Positions 36,901 through 50,104 of a stretch of 64,000 nucleotides of DNA are shown in pieces; within the stretch, counting starts at the first letter, position 1, and every line of letters starts with the position of its first letter. The stretch is taken from assembly GCA_004022145.1 (NCBI GenBank), contig RCNU01000001.1, one strand, 5' to 3'. Both the position numbers and the translations under genes were made by a program. The notes below the pieces were generated by a model. That model was not told where the DNA came from and made no database searches. It saw only the letters and a list, made by a program, of their open reading frames with translations. The DNA is from Paecilomyces variotii. Its lineage: Eukaryota.

Positions 36901-39079
36901 CCCGCCGCCTTCAAGCTGATCCATGCGCACTTCCAGGTGCCCCAGTAGGAAACGCACACCAGAAACAAATCCCTACCAATCAATCGATTGACATCCAAGA
37001 AAAAACTGTCGTCATTGCATTGTGGAAGGTTCCCATTTTTCTTTGTTATTCCTATGACCCTTCTCGGTAACAATTCTGCTCGATCCGACTCTAGTACTCT
37101 ACAAGAAAAGCGATTTCTGCACAATCCGCTAGTGTCTGGAACCTCCTTCCACCTATGCAAATACCTAACAGCTTCTGGCACATCGATGATGATCCGACTT
37201 TACACGTATCTGATGTGCGGTGACACTATGTTGACCGTCATTAGCTGACCTGGCCAGTGTCACACTATCAACCTCTTGCAGTGTAGCCGCGGCCTTCCAG
37301 TGTCCCTATGCAGCAAAACTAACCGTAGTATGGGGTACCAAGTCAGTAGTTCCTGGATCATGTCTCTTCTTTTCGATATACACGCACAACCAAGCGGTCA
37401 AACGAGGGGCCCAAGAAGCCAAGGGCGCTTTGTTCGATGGCCGCGTCGATTTTTCCCACTCTCTCCGTCCTGGATAGAAGGGTCCCCTTCCGCATGCTTC
37501 CCCGCTTCGCGGTCAAACAATGGGTCTCTGGCTGCTATCAATTTTCAAATAGTACTCCATAGGACTCGTATACAGTGGGAACCCAGACGGACGAGATAGT
37601 GGCCGGCATAGAGCCACATGACTGGATCAGCTCCGTAAGTACCTAGGTGTAGCTTAGCTCCCTGACCGAACCTGGGGAAAGGTAGGCGTTTCTCAATAAT
37701 GTTCAACTAGCCCTATCTAGATTCTACACTAACTCTATTCTCAAATAAAAATCATGCAGTCCCTTAGGATGGACCAGTCAAGTAACCATCTGTGTCTTGC
37801 CCGCAACCCCAGATTTCTTCCGGATTCCCATGGCACGGACGGCAAACCCGCAATATAAAAAAGAAACAAAAAAAAGGAATCAACGATAGACAGCGGCTCA
37901 ACAAACACATAGGAAGCTTCTCTCTCTCTCTCTTTTTCTTTTTCTTTACTCTTCAAGACACAAGAACATGCGCAAGGTCCCCAGACAACAACACCAAGCA
38001 GCAAAAATAACGAGCCAATAAATCAACCAATCCGCGCCTCTTTCTGTTAGTTTTCTTGATTATTATTTTCCTCGGCCAGGGGCGCGCACGACCCCAGTCA
38101 ACTAAGTAGAGTAGAGTAGTCAACCCCGCCTTTTTTTTGTGCTTGAGTCTGAGTCTGATGCCGTTCCGTCAAATCGGACCGAACTCCCCCTGCCACATTA
38201 TTTAATACGACTGGGTCATACCAGACCAGGGATCCAAGGAAAAAATCCACTCAGACATCTCCGCGGAGCTAGTTCAACAGTAAAGTAACTGGTTCGGAGG
38301 GAAAGGAGATCCGATATCGCTGTTGTATACATACATTTTTGTTTCATTTTATCCTTGCACCGCGATATACCACTGTAGATTGATTAGACCTTTTCTCCTT
38401 CGAGTAATATCTTTTTTTCGCTGATTTTTGCCTATCTAAAGAGGATAATTCCGCATTAAAAAAGGCCAAAAATCGAATTTCGTTTATATGCACATAACGG
38501 GCGGAAAATGACGCGAGATATTACAATGTGCGTTTTTCTTTCTTTCACTTTCCCATCTATCGAGTAATAGCTATATAATACTAGTAGTAACTAACTAACC
38601 AACTAACTAACTATCAGCTGAGCACCTACACTGCTATAAGAGCCACCTATGTGCAAAGGCAGAAGTGATTATTGCCGCGGACGATAGTTAGGTAATCATC
38701 AAGAGAAGAAGAGTCCAAGCAGTGCTAAGTAGTAAATCGACGTATGTATTGTATATGCAGTCTTGGGGAAATGGGTCGCATGTCTATGTGTGAAGAGAGA
38801 TGATGTAGAAAGAAATGGTATTAAATAATATCTATTATGGAATTGGTTGGGTTTTGGTTTGGCTATTGTCCTAGGCACCTTGAGATAGTTACTACTTTTT
38901 CTTTTATTGCGCCTTCTATGAATAAAGAAAGCATTAAATAATAGTGATTACCACTATCCTTTTTTTCCTTTCCGTGTTATGCACTCGCTTTTTATATCTA
39001 TGCATCGCGTATAACCAATGAGATCGCCTCTACGAAATAAGGCTATAATATATAAACGCAACAAACAACACAAATCAGA

Positions 39080-41065
39080 TCAAGAAGGCGCCGACCCCGC
39101 GATTCCCCCGAACCCATTCATTCTCAAGCTGACCCCATTTCGATCTTCATCGTCATCGATCTCGCGATCTTCGATCATTTTGGGTCCAACCCCGGCCAGA
39201 CCCCAGATGGCCGGTCGACGCCGGGCATGCATCTCCGCCACAGCGCGCTCGTCCGCGTGCAGATGGGCACCTGATTTCCGGAGCAGCAGGACATGCTCCG
39301 ATAGTCCCGCATTGGCTGCTAGGAAGAGCGGGGTACGTCCTGCGCGATTGCGTATGTGCACGGAGCCTCCTTGGAGGAGTAGGTAGCGGAGGATGTCGAC
39401 GGAGGGGCATGTTGCGGCGAGGTGCTGGAAAGAAGAAAATAGTCAGTAAGATAAGAGGAAAGGTGGCTGAGAAGAAGATCTGTCTAGCGATGGCGAGTTT
39501 GCGGGGAAGGGGGAAGAGGTACAAAGGGAAACGCCAGGGGAATGGGTAAACTGGTGGGGCAGACGTTCGTATTCTTCTGGATAAAACGCCACAAAAGACG
39601 AACTATCAAGGAAATTGTGTTTGTGTCGGGGAAGAACAGTAAGAATACAACAGTTACCGTACAATTGGGGTGTTTCCTGAATAGTCTGCCTCGTTCAGCA
39701 GCCATCCATCCTCGCTTGTCATTACTTCTTCAACTTTCTCGAGTTCTCCTTGAGCAATCGCATAGCCCAGTGCGGTCAATTTCTTCGCTGTCTCAGGCAA
39801 GGCGCCTCCTGGATGGCGAAACACAGGTTGAGAGCTCTCTGTTAATTCGCCGCGGAGGGAGACAGACATCGCTTTAGCGACAGATTCAGGCGTTGAGTCA
39901 GGCAGGGCAAGCAGGTAGGCCAGCTTGGTGAGAGCTGCTTCGCTCGTCATATCGTGCCCTGCAACGACACCAGCTCTAGACAGAGTCATGCCGGGGGCAT
40001 ACACAGGACTGACACTGCCAGTGAGACCTATCTTCGGGATTAGCAGATGACAACCGGAAACAGAGACGGGGTAGAGAACTTGCATTGAGTAACGTTGACG
40101 ATGACAATTCCTCTTTGGATGGCACTAGCCAGCACCTTGGTCATCGCATCATCTTGTCCGTTTGGTGCATTTCCAGCGCCAAAGGTCTCTAGGACTAGAC
40201 CCCTTAGGCTCCCCAGCTTCAGGACAGCATCCACCATTGCTGGTTGAATCCCGGGGAATATGCGCAGACATGCAACGTGAGTGGTATCCAGGTTTGTCTG
40301 GATCCTGAAGTGTCCGATGTGTGTCGGCCTGTTCACGAGGTCCCAAGCAACCTGTGTGCGCATCGACGTCGTTACCGCCAACGGAGGTGCGTTTGGAGAG
40401 TCGAATGCAGCAAAATCGCTTGCTGCCACCTTTGTCGCTCTGTTGCCGCGGAACAACTTGTAGTTGAAGTACAAACAGACCTCAGGGATCATGAAGTGGC
40501 CAGCCACGACCAAGGATCCCAGAAGATTATCCGTGGCATCATTCTGTAGCTCCAACATAGGTGCTTGAGATCCTGTGAGAATGACCGGCTTTCCGAGATC
40601 TTGCAGCATAAAACTGAGCGCTGAACAGGTGTACGCCAAGCTGTCAGTTCCATGGAGAACCACGAAAGCATCAAACAGCTGGTAATTCCAGTAGATCGTC
40701 CGGGCAATCTCTGCCCAACCTTTAGCATCGATAGAGCTGCTATCCAGGAGCTCTTCGAATTCATAGACCGTATATCTCACCTGCCTGTCGTAAGCGCTTG
40801 GAGGCGTACGCAAACTGGCATAAGCCTTGGTTGTGCCATTCCCGTTGACAACGACGTCGAGTGGCAGTGGCAGAGATCCATCGTTGAATGTAGGCAACCG
40901 TGCTAAACAAGCCTCCTGGAACCCCCTAGCTGGAACGAAACCAGATGGAGATTGACGCATGCAGATCGTGCCACCAGTCATGATAATGAGGACCCTCGAC
41001 TCGGGGATAATAGCCGCCGAGTTTGGCTGGTCAAGCTCAGAAATGGGAGCTGCTGTGGCTGTCAT
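39080..41065 (-). CDS. Cytosolic type I L-asparaginase with C-terminal ankyrin repeats (60-kDa lysophospholipase-like); two introns
   Basis: IMTGGTICM, LDSSSI, HGTDSLAY, ILTGSQ, ETFGAGN, DMTSEAALTKLAYLL and SLRGELT motifs. Ankyrin segments DYSGNTP and RNRAGRTPLFLAA. Confidence 0.94.
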
Positions 41066-41812
41066 TTTTGCCAGTCTCCGTAATAATCCAATGGAAGGCC
41101 AACAGTGTACAGTTTAGCGACTTGATAAACGTAAAGATATAATATGACCGCCCCGTATAAGTGAGAACTATATCGTGAAGAATTACTCGAGATGGACTCG
41201 AAGTAACGTAATTCGCAAGACAGGCGTTTTAATTTGTTGTCGTGGGTTCTGCAACAATCGGACAGCCAGTGTTAATACGATGAAAATAAAAGAATGATAA
41301 AAAAGAGGTAACTTAATGCTCAAAGTTCTCTGGAGGTGCGATGGGTATAGTCGTTGGAAGGAAGCGTTTAGTGCATCCGAGACGGGCACCCTGGGGACTT
41401 GGTACCGTCTCCACGACAATATAAGCCAGTCTTTTCTCTGACAGCTCGTAACCGTGTCCAGTCCTCCCCGACAATTCCAGTCCTTTTAAAATTTTATAGA
41501 ATAAATCATCGTAACGGTTAGCGGGGTGCGGAAAACGCGCTCCTAGCTAACCCGCCCCTTACCGCCTGCCGCTCCGATTATTCTGCCGCTCAGATCCACC
41601 TACTAGGTACCTAGGTACCTAAGGTAGCCAACAACCCATCTTCATCATTCGTCTACCCCATATTCTATCACTTTATTTCCTTCTTCACTTACTCCTTCAC
41701 CTTCTCCTTCTCCCTTATAAGAGTCGCATATGTCTCCCTCTACTACCCGACAGCAATATACTATACTTATCACCAGGGGCCCATGCAACTGGCAGGGTAA
41801 AGCCGGCTTTCG

Positions 41813-43230
41813 ATGCATATACCTAATTTAACATCCTGCAATCACTGCGAGCATATAATATCCATGCACCCCGATTATTGTTACTTTCTTACATGTTCTA
41901 CGAACTGGAATTTCGCGGCTAATACTGCTATTATGCACTTACCCACTTTTATCTTCTTATATCCACCTATGCTCCATCGAGAATTATTGAACCTTATGGA
42001 AGGCAATTCGTCGCTAAGATATATAGAGACTTCCTTATTAGTTATTTTTACAGACTTGCTACTATTTATCGATACTCGGGCGAAATTGATCGACAAGCTG
42101 ATAGCGCGAGACTAATATTATTATATTACCTGAGTGAGCGGCACACCAGCTTCCGGAAAGACAACTATAATGAATTCTCTGGTCAATAAATTGCGCTGAG
42201 CAGCAGATTTCGCTACAACCAGCCGAATATATTGAAGGTAATGGACCGAACTAATTACTGTCTTAAAGACTGGTTGGTTGACTGCTTGATGAGGATAAGG
42301 CAATAGATGTCATAACGCGACATGCATCAATTATCATAAGACCATCTCTGTCTCTGACAGCGGACTTGAAGAAAGGATTCCGAGCATTAATAGACACGTA
42401 GGGTTGCTTACAAGCCTCGTACGTGTTCTATAGGATATACCGGTAAGCATTGCCTTATACTCTGCAGTCCAAACGTAATGTTGATAGAAGTTCTGAGATT
42501 AATCTTTTCCGTAACAGGAATCTTATGACCTTATACAGAGAGATTGATTTGCTGATAATAAGCAAGATCCTCTTCAGTCAACCTCTGTTCTTTAAACGCA
42601 TTAGTGGTTATCCGTTTACTAGAGGCCTATCCCCATCAGATATATCACAGCGTGGCGCTACCGCCAGGGTCTTCAAAACGGCTGTTGCTGGCAATGGGAT
42701 TTATCCGTCTTGCTTCAAGACTAAGAATCAAGAATTGAAATAAGCTCTCGAGAATATTTAGCGCAACGGATGGCTCTATGCAGAGGAATCAAACGATGAT
42801 GTCACTGTATATTTGCGAACCAAAATCATTATTTGTAGGTGCATATTCTACTGGTTAGTTACTTTGTGCTGCTCCCTAATAATCTGGTTCTAGATATTGC
42901 CGCTTTATTTTCCTAGATAGCTCTTGACGGCGAAATGAATTGATGGCTTTCTGCCAGTCGACCAAAAAGGAGAACTCCTTGTTGGTCTGCCTGGATCTCT
43001 AGCATCAATTATAGCACGCCGCTCCAATCGGCAATTGATGCTATTATGCAAGTCTAACTCCGTTAGCTAGTTATCAGATGCCCGACGTTTACTGGTAGCC
43101 AATAAGTCGCCGCTTCTGGAGGATCAATACTAGAAAGAGTTCTACCGCTGCCTATTATTCCCTATACTAGATGGCTATGTTGTAACTAGTTAGTTAATGT
43201 CCCCTGAGTTTGTAATGATCAGTGTCGGGC
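41813..43230 (+). pseudogene. Decayed P-loop NTPase gene with putative C-terminal nuclease-like region
   Basis: Walker A GTPASGKTT at 42140-42166, flanked by stops. Downstream fragments: EQQISLQP..VG*LLDED.AIDV, NRHVGLLTSL, intron relic 42443-42517, FTRGL..VFK.A, ALENI*RNGWLYAE, LLEDQY*KEFYRCL, SPEFV. Multiple stops and frameshifts; 5' boundary uncertain. Confidence 0.72.
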
Positions 43231-44492
43231 GTCTTGTCAATGATTGGTAGCTATCACAAACCGAGACCGCGGATCAGTTCACTATGGTAAATTAAGAAGG
43301 CTGAGTTTTCTAGGCGAAGGCTAGCTTGCCAACTAGCTGTCTGTCAAATAAGACAGCCCTGCTTCACGAGAGAAAGAGAATGAAGCCAAGACTTGCCAAG
43401 GCCCCGGAGCGAGAGGGGAACTATTAAAGAAATTAAATATGCGCTGGTCCCTTTCAACTTGCCTGCCAAGGGGTTGGGCCACTTCACCATCGTTTACAAC
43501 TGTCACATCTGCAGTTGATATCATCTTCCAATTACACCGCTATAAACATGGCATTCTTTTTCGTGGAGCTTTTCCCAGGACCGAACTTCTATCCAGGCCA
43601 CGTTCGCAGACTACCGCCCCTACACTCTGTGCTCTCCTTGACCGGAGACGATGGTAACTCTTAGGAGAATCCGCGGCCGCTGAATGGCGCCTCTGGGCGC
43701 GCTGGGCATGCTGGGCAGTGATCGCAAAGATTTCGCAGAGATCGGAGCCCAAAACCCAAGTGGGATCTCTTTTAATTAGTATCCCGCCGCTGAGATTCCC
43801 CAGCCACGGGTCCTGGGTTGTCTTTTGGTCCTTGGCTACGCCCTTGGCATGTCACACCACGAGGACTTAGATTCTTTCTCTTTGTGACCATTGGATGACC
43901 TTTCGCCTATCTTCTGCAATGGTGTCGGACAGTCAGAGTAGCCAACGGGGACCGATGGCCTCTATACCCCGTTTGGTAACCATCCCTTCGTAGAAACATG
44001 TTCATGGCATATTTCTCGGCGACCCGTCGCGGGGGTTCACTATGGTAGGCAGATCGACATAATTGCCACCCCTCGCCCTTTGCGCGCAATCTCCCTTTAT
44101 TGCTCGAACGCCTCTTCTCCTTCCTATCTTTCAGGTTATCATCTGAATCCCCCTCCTGGAGTCCTGAAGGCTGGACTCACTTCGGATTCTGCCACTCCTT
44201 TGGACAATATTCGCTCTTTACCAATATACGTTCCTTACGTGCTTGTTCGGGCATATAGCCTTATTGGGTCTCTTGGTGTAGTATTCTCATCGATTGGGAG
44301 TTACTATAGAGCTGAAAAAAAAGGAGAAAAACCTTGTGAGCTCCCTCTCTTTGACCAACGTCAACCAGGACAGCAGGAACTGTTGATACCCAGCGCATCG
44401 AAACAAATAACTATCGATATATACACCTTTAGACGCTCTCGGAATTCAAAGAGCAGTCTTGTGCTTAGACCATTGCTTCTAGCTATCCGAAA

Positions 44493-46248
44493 ATGAGGGC
44501 CAGTAACTGGCTCAATGCCGCGCTTGCGGCGGCGTTGACTATGAATGTCGACCTGGTCGCCGGTTTCTGGCGTCTCCCGTGTCGAGGACGCTCCGGTGCC
44601 GCAAGAGTTGATCCCCTGATGAGTCCAGGAGAGATCTCTCAGCATGTCCACGTTGTTGCTGGTGGTAAAAGTGAGTTTCTCCTGCAGATACTCTGCTCCT
44701 TTAATACCCTTTAAGGCTACCACCACAAAGGAGGCAGCATTGGACGAGTTGCTAACGTGCTCTTTGCAGATTTTGGACCGAACGCTGACCAGGATTCCTT
44801 GATGAATTCTGAGTGCACTTCGTGTGCCGTTACCCAGGATAAGTCGGCGTACTGGGCCCCGGGACTTTACTTCATATACCAAAATGGAACCGCCGAGCTT
44901 GTCCAGCAAGAGGGTGGTATGCTTGTGTGAGTATCCCCAAAACATGCACCCTTTATATTACATCAGACCACCATCTTTCCACATTCAGGGTGGCTTCACC
45001 GTCATATATGCCGATCACAGGAATTCTGAACGATTCATTAGGTACTATCTTCTGTACGGCGAGAACATCAAGGCTTTCCCCAACGGTTTCAGAATGATCG
45101 CCGGTGACAGCACCAAGAGGAACTTCACTGGTCCTATCCCTGATGCCCCCAAGTCTCTTTGGGGAAGTGCCGACGAACACCAGAATGAGCTGGCGGAGAA
45201 GGCCATTGGCTTCAACTGCTTGAACTATGCGACCAACCCGGAGCCTTCCCTCTACCGCCACGAGTTTCCCAAGAAGGATTTCATAGATGCTAACTGCCCC
45301 GATGGAATACGTGCCGAATTGATGTTCCCGTCATGCTGGAATGGCAAAGACGTCGACTCTGAAAACCACAAGGACCACGTCGCATACCCATCTCTCGTCA
45401 TGGATGGCGAATGTCCTAAAGGCTACGAGACCAGAATTGTTTCTCTGTTCTACGAAACAATCTGGAACACGGCTGCATACAAGGATGTCGAAGGAACCTT
45501 TGCCTTTGCGAACGGTGATCCTACTGGTAATGGCTACCACGGAGACATGATGATGGGTTGGGACGAGGATTTCCTCCAGCAGGCGGTGGATACGTGTACC
45601 AATCCATCCGGTGAGGTCGAGGACTGCCCTCTATTCGATCTTCAGTCGGACGACGACCAGATCCAGTGCCGTTTCGATGTTCCATCCGATCTCCTTGACG
45701 AAGACGTTCTCTTTCACAATGGCCTTCCTGGAGGCCTGCAGCTTTCATGGGGACCCGAACCTCAGCTCATGAACATGGGTGGTATTATCTCCTCACTGGT
45801 ATCTTCCCTAGTACCATCGCCATTTGCATCTTCTTCTACCCCGTCGCCATCTGTGGTATCATCATCGGCTACTCCCACGCCGTCCGAAACGACTTCCAGC
45901 GTCGCCACGTCTTCACCATCCCTCGTTTTGCCTTCTGACTTCACTCCCGTGACCAAGCTGGAAGAAGTTGCTGCGACTACTGCTGTTTCTGAGCAGGCCA
46001 TCCCAAGTTCCCTTATTGGCAAGACCGCTGCGTACGAAATTGTGGTAGTCGAAGAGGACATTTTTGTCACGATGGACAATACCGGTAATGTTCTGGGTAG
46101 CTCTTCAGCGGATCTGAAGACCCTCTACACATCGAGCTCGACCGGCATTATCGGTGCCCCCAGCGCAGCTCCTGAGAAAAGGGACGGAGTCCACCCTCAC
46201 GCCCACAAACACATCCACGGCAGACGGGGCGTCGGTCACCACCATTGA
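44493..46248 (+). CDS. Secreted DUF1996-domain protein with Ser/Thr-rich region (two introns)
   Basis: Signal peptide then FWRLPC, RVDPLMSPG..S.HVH, CTSC....DKSAYWAP, AFP.GFRMIAGD, CPDGIRAELMFPSCWNG, H..HVAYP and GDPTGNGYHGD motifs. Confidence 0.9.
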
Positions 46249-47385
46249 GTATTTTCGTTTGATTAAGAAAACTTCGCTTCTTCTGTGAATACTGCTTCTC
46301 CTGGAAGGAGGAGCATGTTATATTTATTATGTGTTGAGTTTGACCCCATGACCGCGAGACGGAATCATTTCAGGCTGCTTCTTTATTGTCAATAGGGTGT
46401 CCAGGCGTGGATGACAAACAACCAAACTTTTGAGCCTTGGAGCCTGTGTAGCCATGTATGTATTTATAGAAAAATCGAGTTGAATTAAGGTCACATCGCC
46501 ACCGTTGTCACACACACACTCGAAGGATGTCCCCGTAGTAGCCTCGTAACTACTACTTCGGATCCTTCAGATCCTTCAAATCCTACCTTACCAGCTGGGC
46601 TGCTGGAGAGCGTTATGATAGCTGCTGATAGCTGTCGCTTGGCACCCCACAGCCGGGCGTTTCGCGCCGAACACCTGGAGGACATGATAAACTAGTCCCT
46701 TGCTTCCGATGTTTAACTGGATGGCGCGGGCAACCGATCGACCTTCGACATTACTGGAGGCGGCTTAGAATAGCACCAGCTATTCAAATTTCAGGCCCTT
46801 TTGACTCCTTTTAACTCGGGCTGAATCCTATCCAATGATTCATCTGATTTCCCTTACACCTGGGACCAAGGGGAGGTTACATGCAGCGCGCGGCAAAAAA
46901 ATTGAAGAAGTGAAACCATCCCATTAGGCCCACGAGTAAAGTATTCAGATTGTTACTTCATGTGTGCTGGCGGCGGAGAGGCTGTGCAAAAGCTCCCCAG
47001 CCAACTGGTTCGGGTCGCTTTTGCCCAGATCTAAGTTTATCAATCTTCTTCAGACTTGTCTCTGACTAGTTCAATTCTTGTCAGACCGTGGCTTTCCGGG
47101 CGATTATTATTTAAACGTCCTGCCCCGCGCCTTGCTTTTATCTGGAAATCGCAAGAAAGGGTTGTTTTCAAGGGTTCTTCTTCTGTTGATCTGTGAATGC
47201 TTTTTTTTTCTCTTCCTAATTGGAGACTTCTTGTTTACAATCTTTTCTTATTCGCCGCGACGTCCTTTTACCAGACGAACATAACGGTACATACATAAGC
47301 GACTTAATATCTCCTCTGATTATCTATATACGCACAACTTAATCCTACGAAGCCACGAATATATTGCATTGCATTACTATCCAAA

Positions 47386-48145
47386 ATGTTCTGGAAGACA
47401 GCTCTCAGTCTCCTTTCCTGCGCTCTCGCTGTGTCTGCCATCCCACAGCAAACACCATCGCCTTCCTCCTCCTCTTACTACACTCCAAGCTCTTCAGTGA
47501 CTGTCCCGCCCTCATCGACCATCACACCGCCGCCAGCCACACTCAGCTGCTCATCCGGATCAACCATCCTATACACAACAGACTGCACGATGGGCTTCCC
47601 GATCTCATACTGCCATAGTCCCGAGCCCCCAATCCAGTGTTCGTCAGGCTACTATCCTTCCGTGTGGCACCCGGAACATTGCGTCGCGGAATCAACATGC
47701 TATCCGGTTGATTCGCCATACATTACCACGAAGTGCTCGAACGGTGGAACCCCTTACACGACTAGCACTCTCTACGAGGGCACTCTGGCTGGCGGAGAGT
47801 CAACGACTATAACCAGTAAGTCCCCAATAGAAGAAGAAGCAAGAATAATATATTCTAACTCAATATTCCAACAACCCAGACGTCGGCTGCTCCTGCGCCG
47901 CCAACCAATGGTACAGCATGACTCTCGGACCCGGTGGCTCGACCGTCGACACGTACTGTATGCCTCACAGCGCGTGCCCGGCTGGAATGAGTACTTCCGT
48001 GAGCACGAATAGCTACTGTGCCACGGCTCCAGCGAGTGCTTGCTCGGACATTCCTCTCACGACGGATTTTTGCGTCTGCCAGAACCCAACTGCGACGGCT
48101 GTTTACCCATCTGGTGATGGAGCTGTCGCGACTGGGTGCGCGTGA
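47386..48145 (+). CDS. Small secreted cysteine-rich protein (~231 aa; intron 47816-47879)
   Basis: Signal peptide MFWKTALSLLSCALAVSA. The GTAAGT..CAG intron joins two ORFs in frame. 16 Cys in the mature protein; Ser/Thr/Pro-rich N-terminus. Confidence 0.82.
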
Positions 48146-48928
48146 TTTGTATAGTTGTTGTTGCTGTTCGTTTGGAATGAGGGAGTTTAGTTGATCATGA
48201 TGATTTGATGAGATACGAACGCGTGGGATTTAATGGTGCGGTAATTGGTATGTATATTGGAGAGAAAAGGAGGGATTGGGATGATATTGATCTCGGCTCT
48301 TGAGTTGTAAAAAAAAGGCCAAAAGATACAGTGAGATGAGGGGGATCATAATAGGGAATAGTAGTAAATAATTACTCTAGAATGATTAATATATAGCTAA
48401 TGTGGAACAAGGACCAATATAGAAAAGATACTATCTTGTACACTCCCCGTGGAAATTCCATACATGCTCCGTTACAGAGAAGGGAGTTTTCCTCGATCAA
48501 TCAATGAGAATGATTTACTGTACTAAAAACGAGGATTCCTTCTTTACCAGCCATGTGATTATAAGCTTTTGGTACGACACATGGCATTCTCCGCTTGCCG
48601 CATTCAAGAATGCTGCAAGGATCCATCTGGCGGGTAACACGGACTATCTCGGCGCGTTCTTTTTTTTTTTCTCCCTTCTTGAGAGTATACTAATTTCGGC
48701 ATTATAGACACTGTGGATATATTAGTGCATTCTCGGGATCGACATCGAGATAAAAGGGGAAACGCATCAAAGGAACCGAGAGCACGTAAGCATAGCAATG
48801 GAACCCAATGCACATAGAGCCATTTCTCTCCAAGACATCTTCCTGATATTCTATTTTACTCTAAATTCCCACTTCTAATGGGAAATCATATCCGATCTAG
48901 CTAAAGTACCGAATCCCACAGTCTCATT

Positions 48929-50104
48929 CTAGAATCTAGTAGGCTCGACTGCGGGCTTGTTCCCAACGGCCTTTTCGATCTTCTCGATGATCTCCGGCGT
49001 CAACTTCTCCACCACAGCGAATGCGCGCACGTTCTCCCTGATCTGCTCAGGTTTCGAGGCTCCAGTAATCAGCGACGAGACATTCTTGTTCGTCAACGCC
49101 CAGGCCAGGGAGAGCTGTGCTAGCGTGACGCCCAGTTCCTCTGCAATAGGTTTCAGCGCAGCGACCTGCGCCAGCTGAGCCTTCCAGGTCTCATTGCCAA
49201 ACGTCTTGCGGAAGTTAACGGTATAGTTGTCCTGTGCCTCGGCCAGACGGCTTCCTGGAGGGGGCGCATCGACATCGTTATATTTGCCCGTTAGGATCCC
49301 CTGCTTGAGCGGCGACCAGACCGTCAGGCCGAGACCGTGGGCCTCATAGAGCCATCGGTATTCCTTCTCGACGCGCTCTCTCCAGAGGAGGCTGTACTGC
49401 GGCTGCTCGACGACTGGGCCGACTAGACCCAGTCTGTCTGCAATGCGCCATGCATCTGCGATCTCGCTGGCCGTCCACTCCGACGTTCCCCAGTAGAATG
49501 TCTTGCCTGTGTTGATGATGTGGTTGAAACCACGTACGACCTCTTCCATGGGCGTCTCGCGGTCGGGACGGTGAGCAAAGACAATGTCGACATAGGGGAG
49601 GTCGAGGCGCTTCAGTGAAGCGTCAATTCCTTCAATGATGTGCTTGCGGGAAAGGCCCTTGTTATTGAGAGGATTCGAGGGGTTGGCAGCGTTGGCTTGT
49701 CCGTGGTAGAGCTGAAGAGTGAGTCTTAATATCAAGAATAGTGCATCTGATTTCTCAGGAATACTCACTTTCGTGGAAATGACTAGATCGTTTTGTTTCC
49801 ATCCATACCTCTTGATCGCCTGGCCGAGGACGACTTCGGCCTCGCCGCCAGAATAACCCTCTGCGGTATCGAAGAAGTTGATTCCCACATCGTACGCAGC
49901 TTTCATGCACTCAAAGGCAGTTTCTAGATTTCATCTGTTAACTTGCTGCTAGCCCCATGCAGTACCTCTTTTGCTAGGTAGTTACGACATACCATTGCCA
50001 ACATGACCACCATAGGTGAGCCATCCTCCGAGCGAAATGGCAGAGACCTTGAGACCAGTTCGGCCCAGGAATCGATATTGCATCGGTGGCAATTCGTCTG
50101 CCAT
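48929..50104 (-). CDS. Aldo-keto reductase, voltage-gated K+ channel beta-subunit-like (two introns)
   Basis: [67 protein letters not shown] and WSPL..GILTGKY motifs. Confidence 0.93.
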
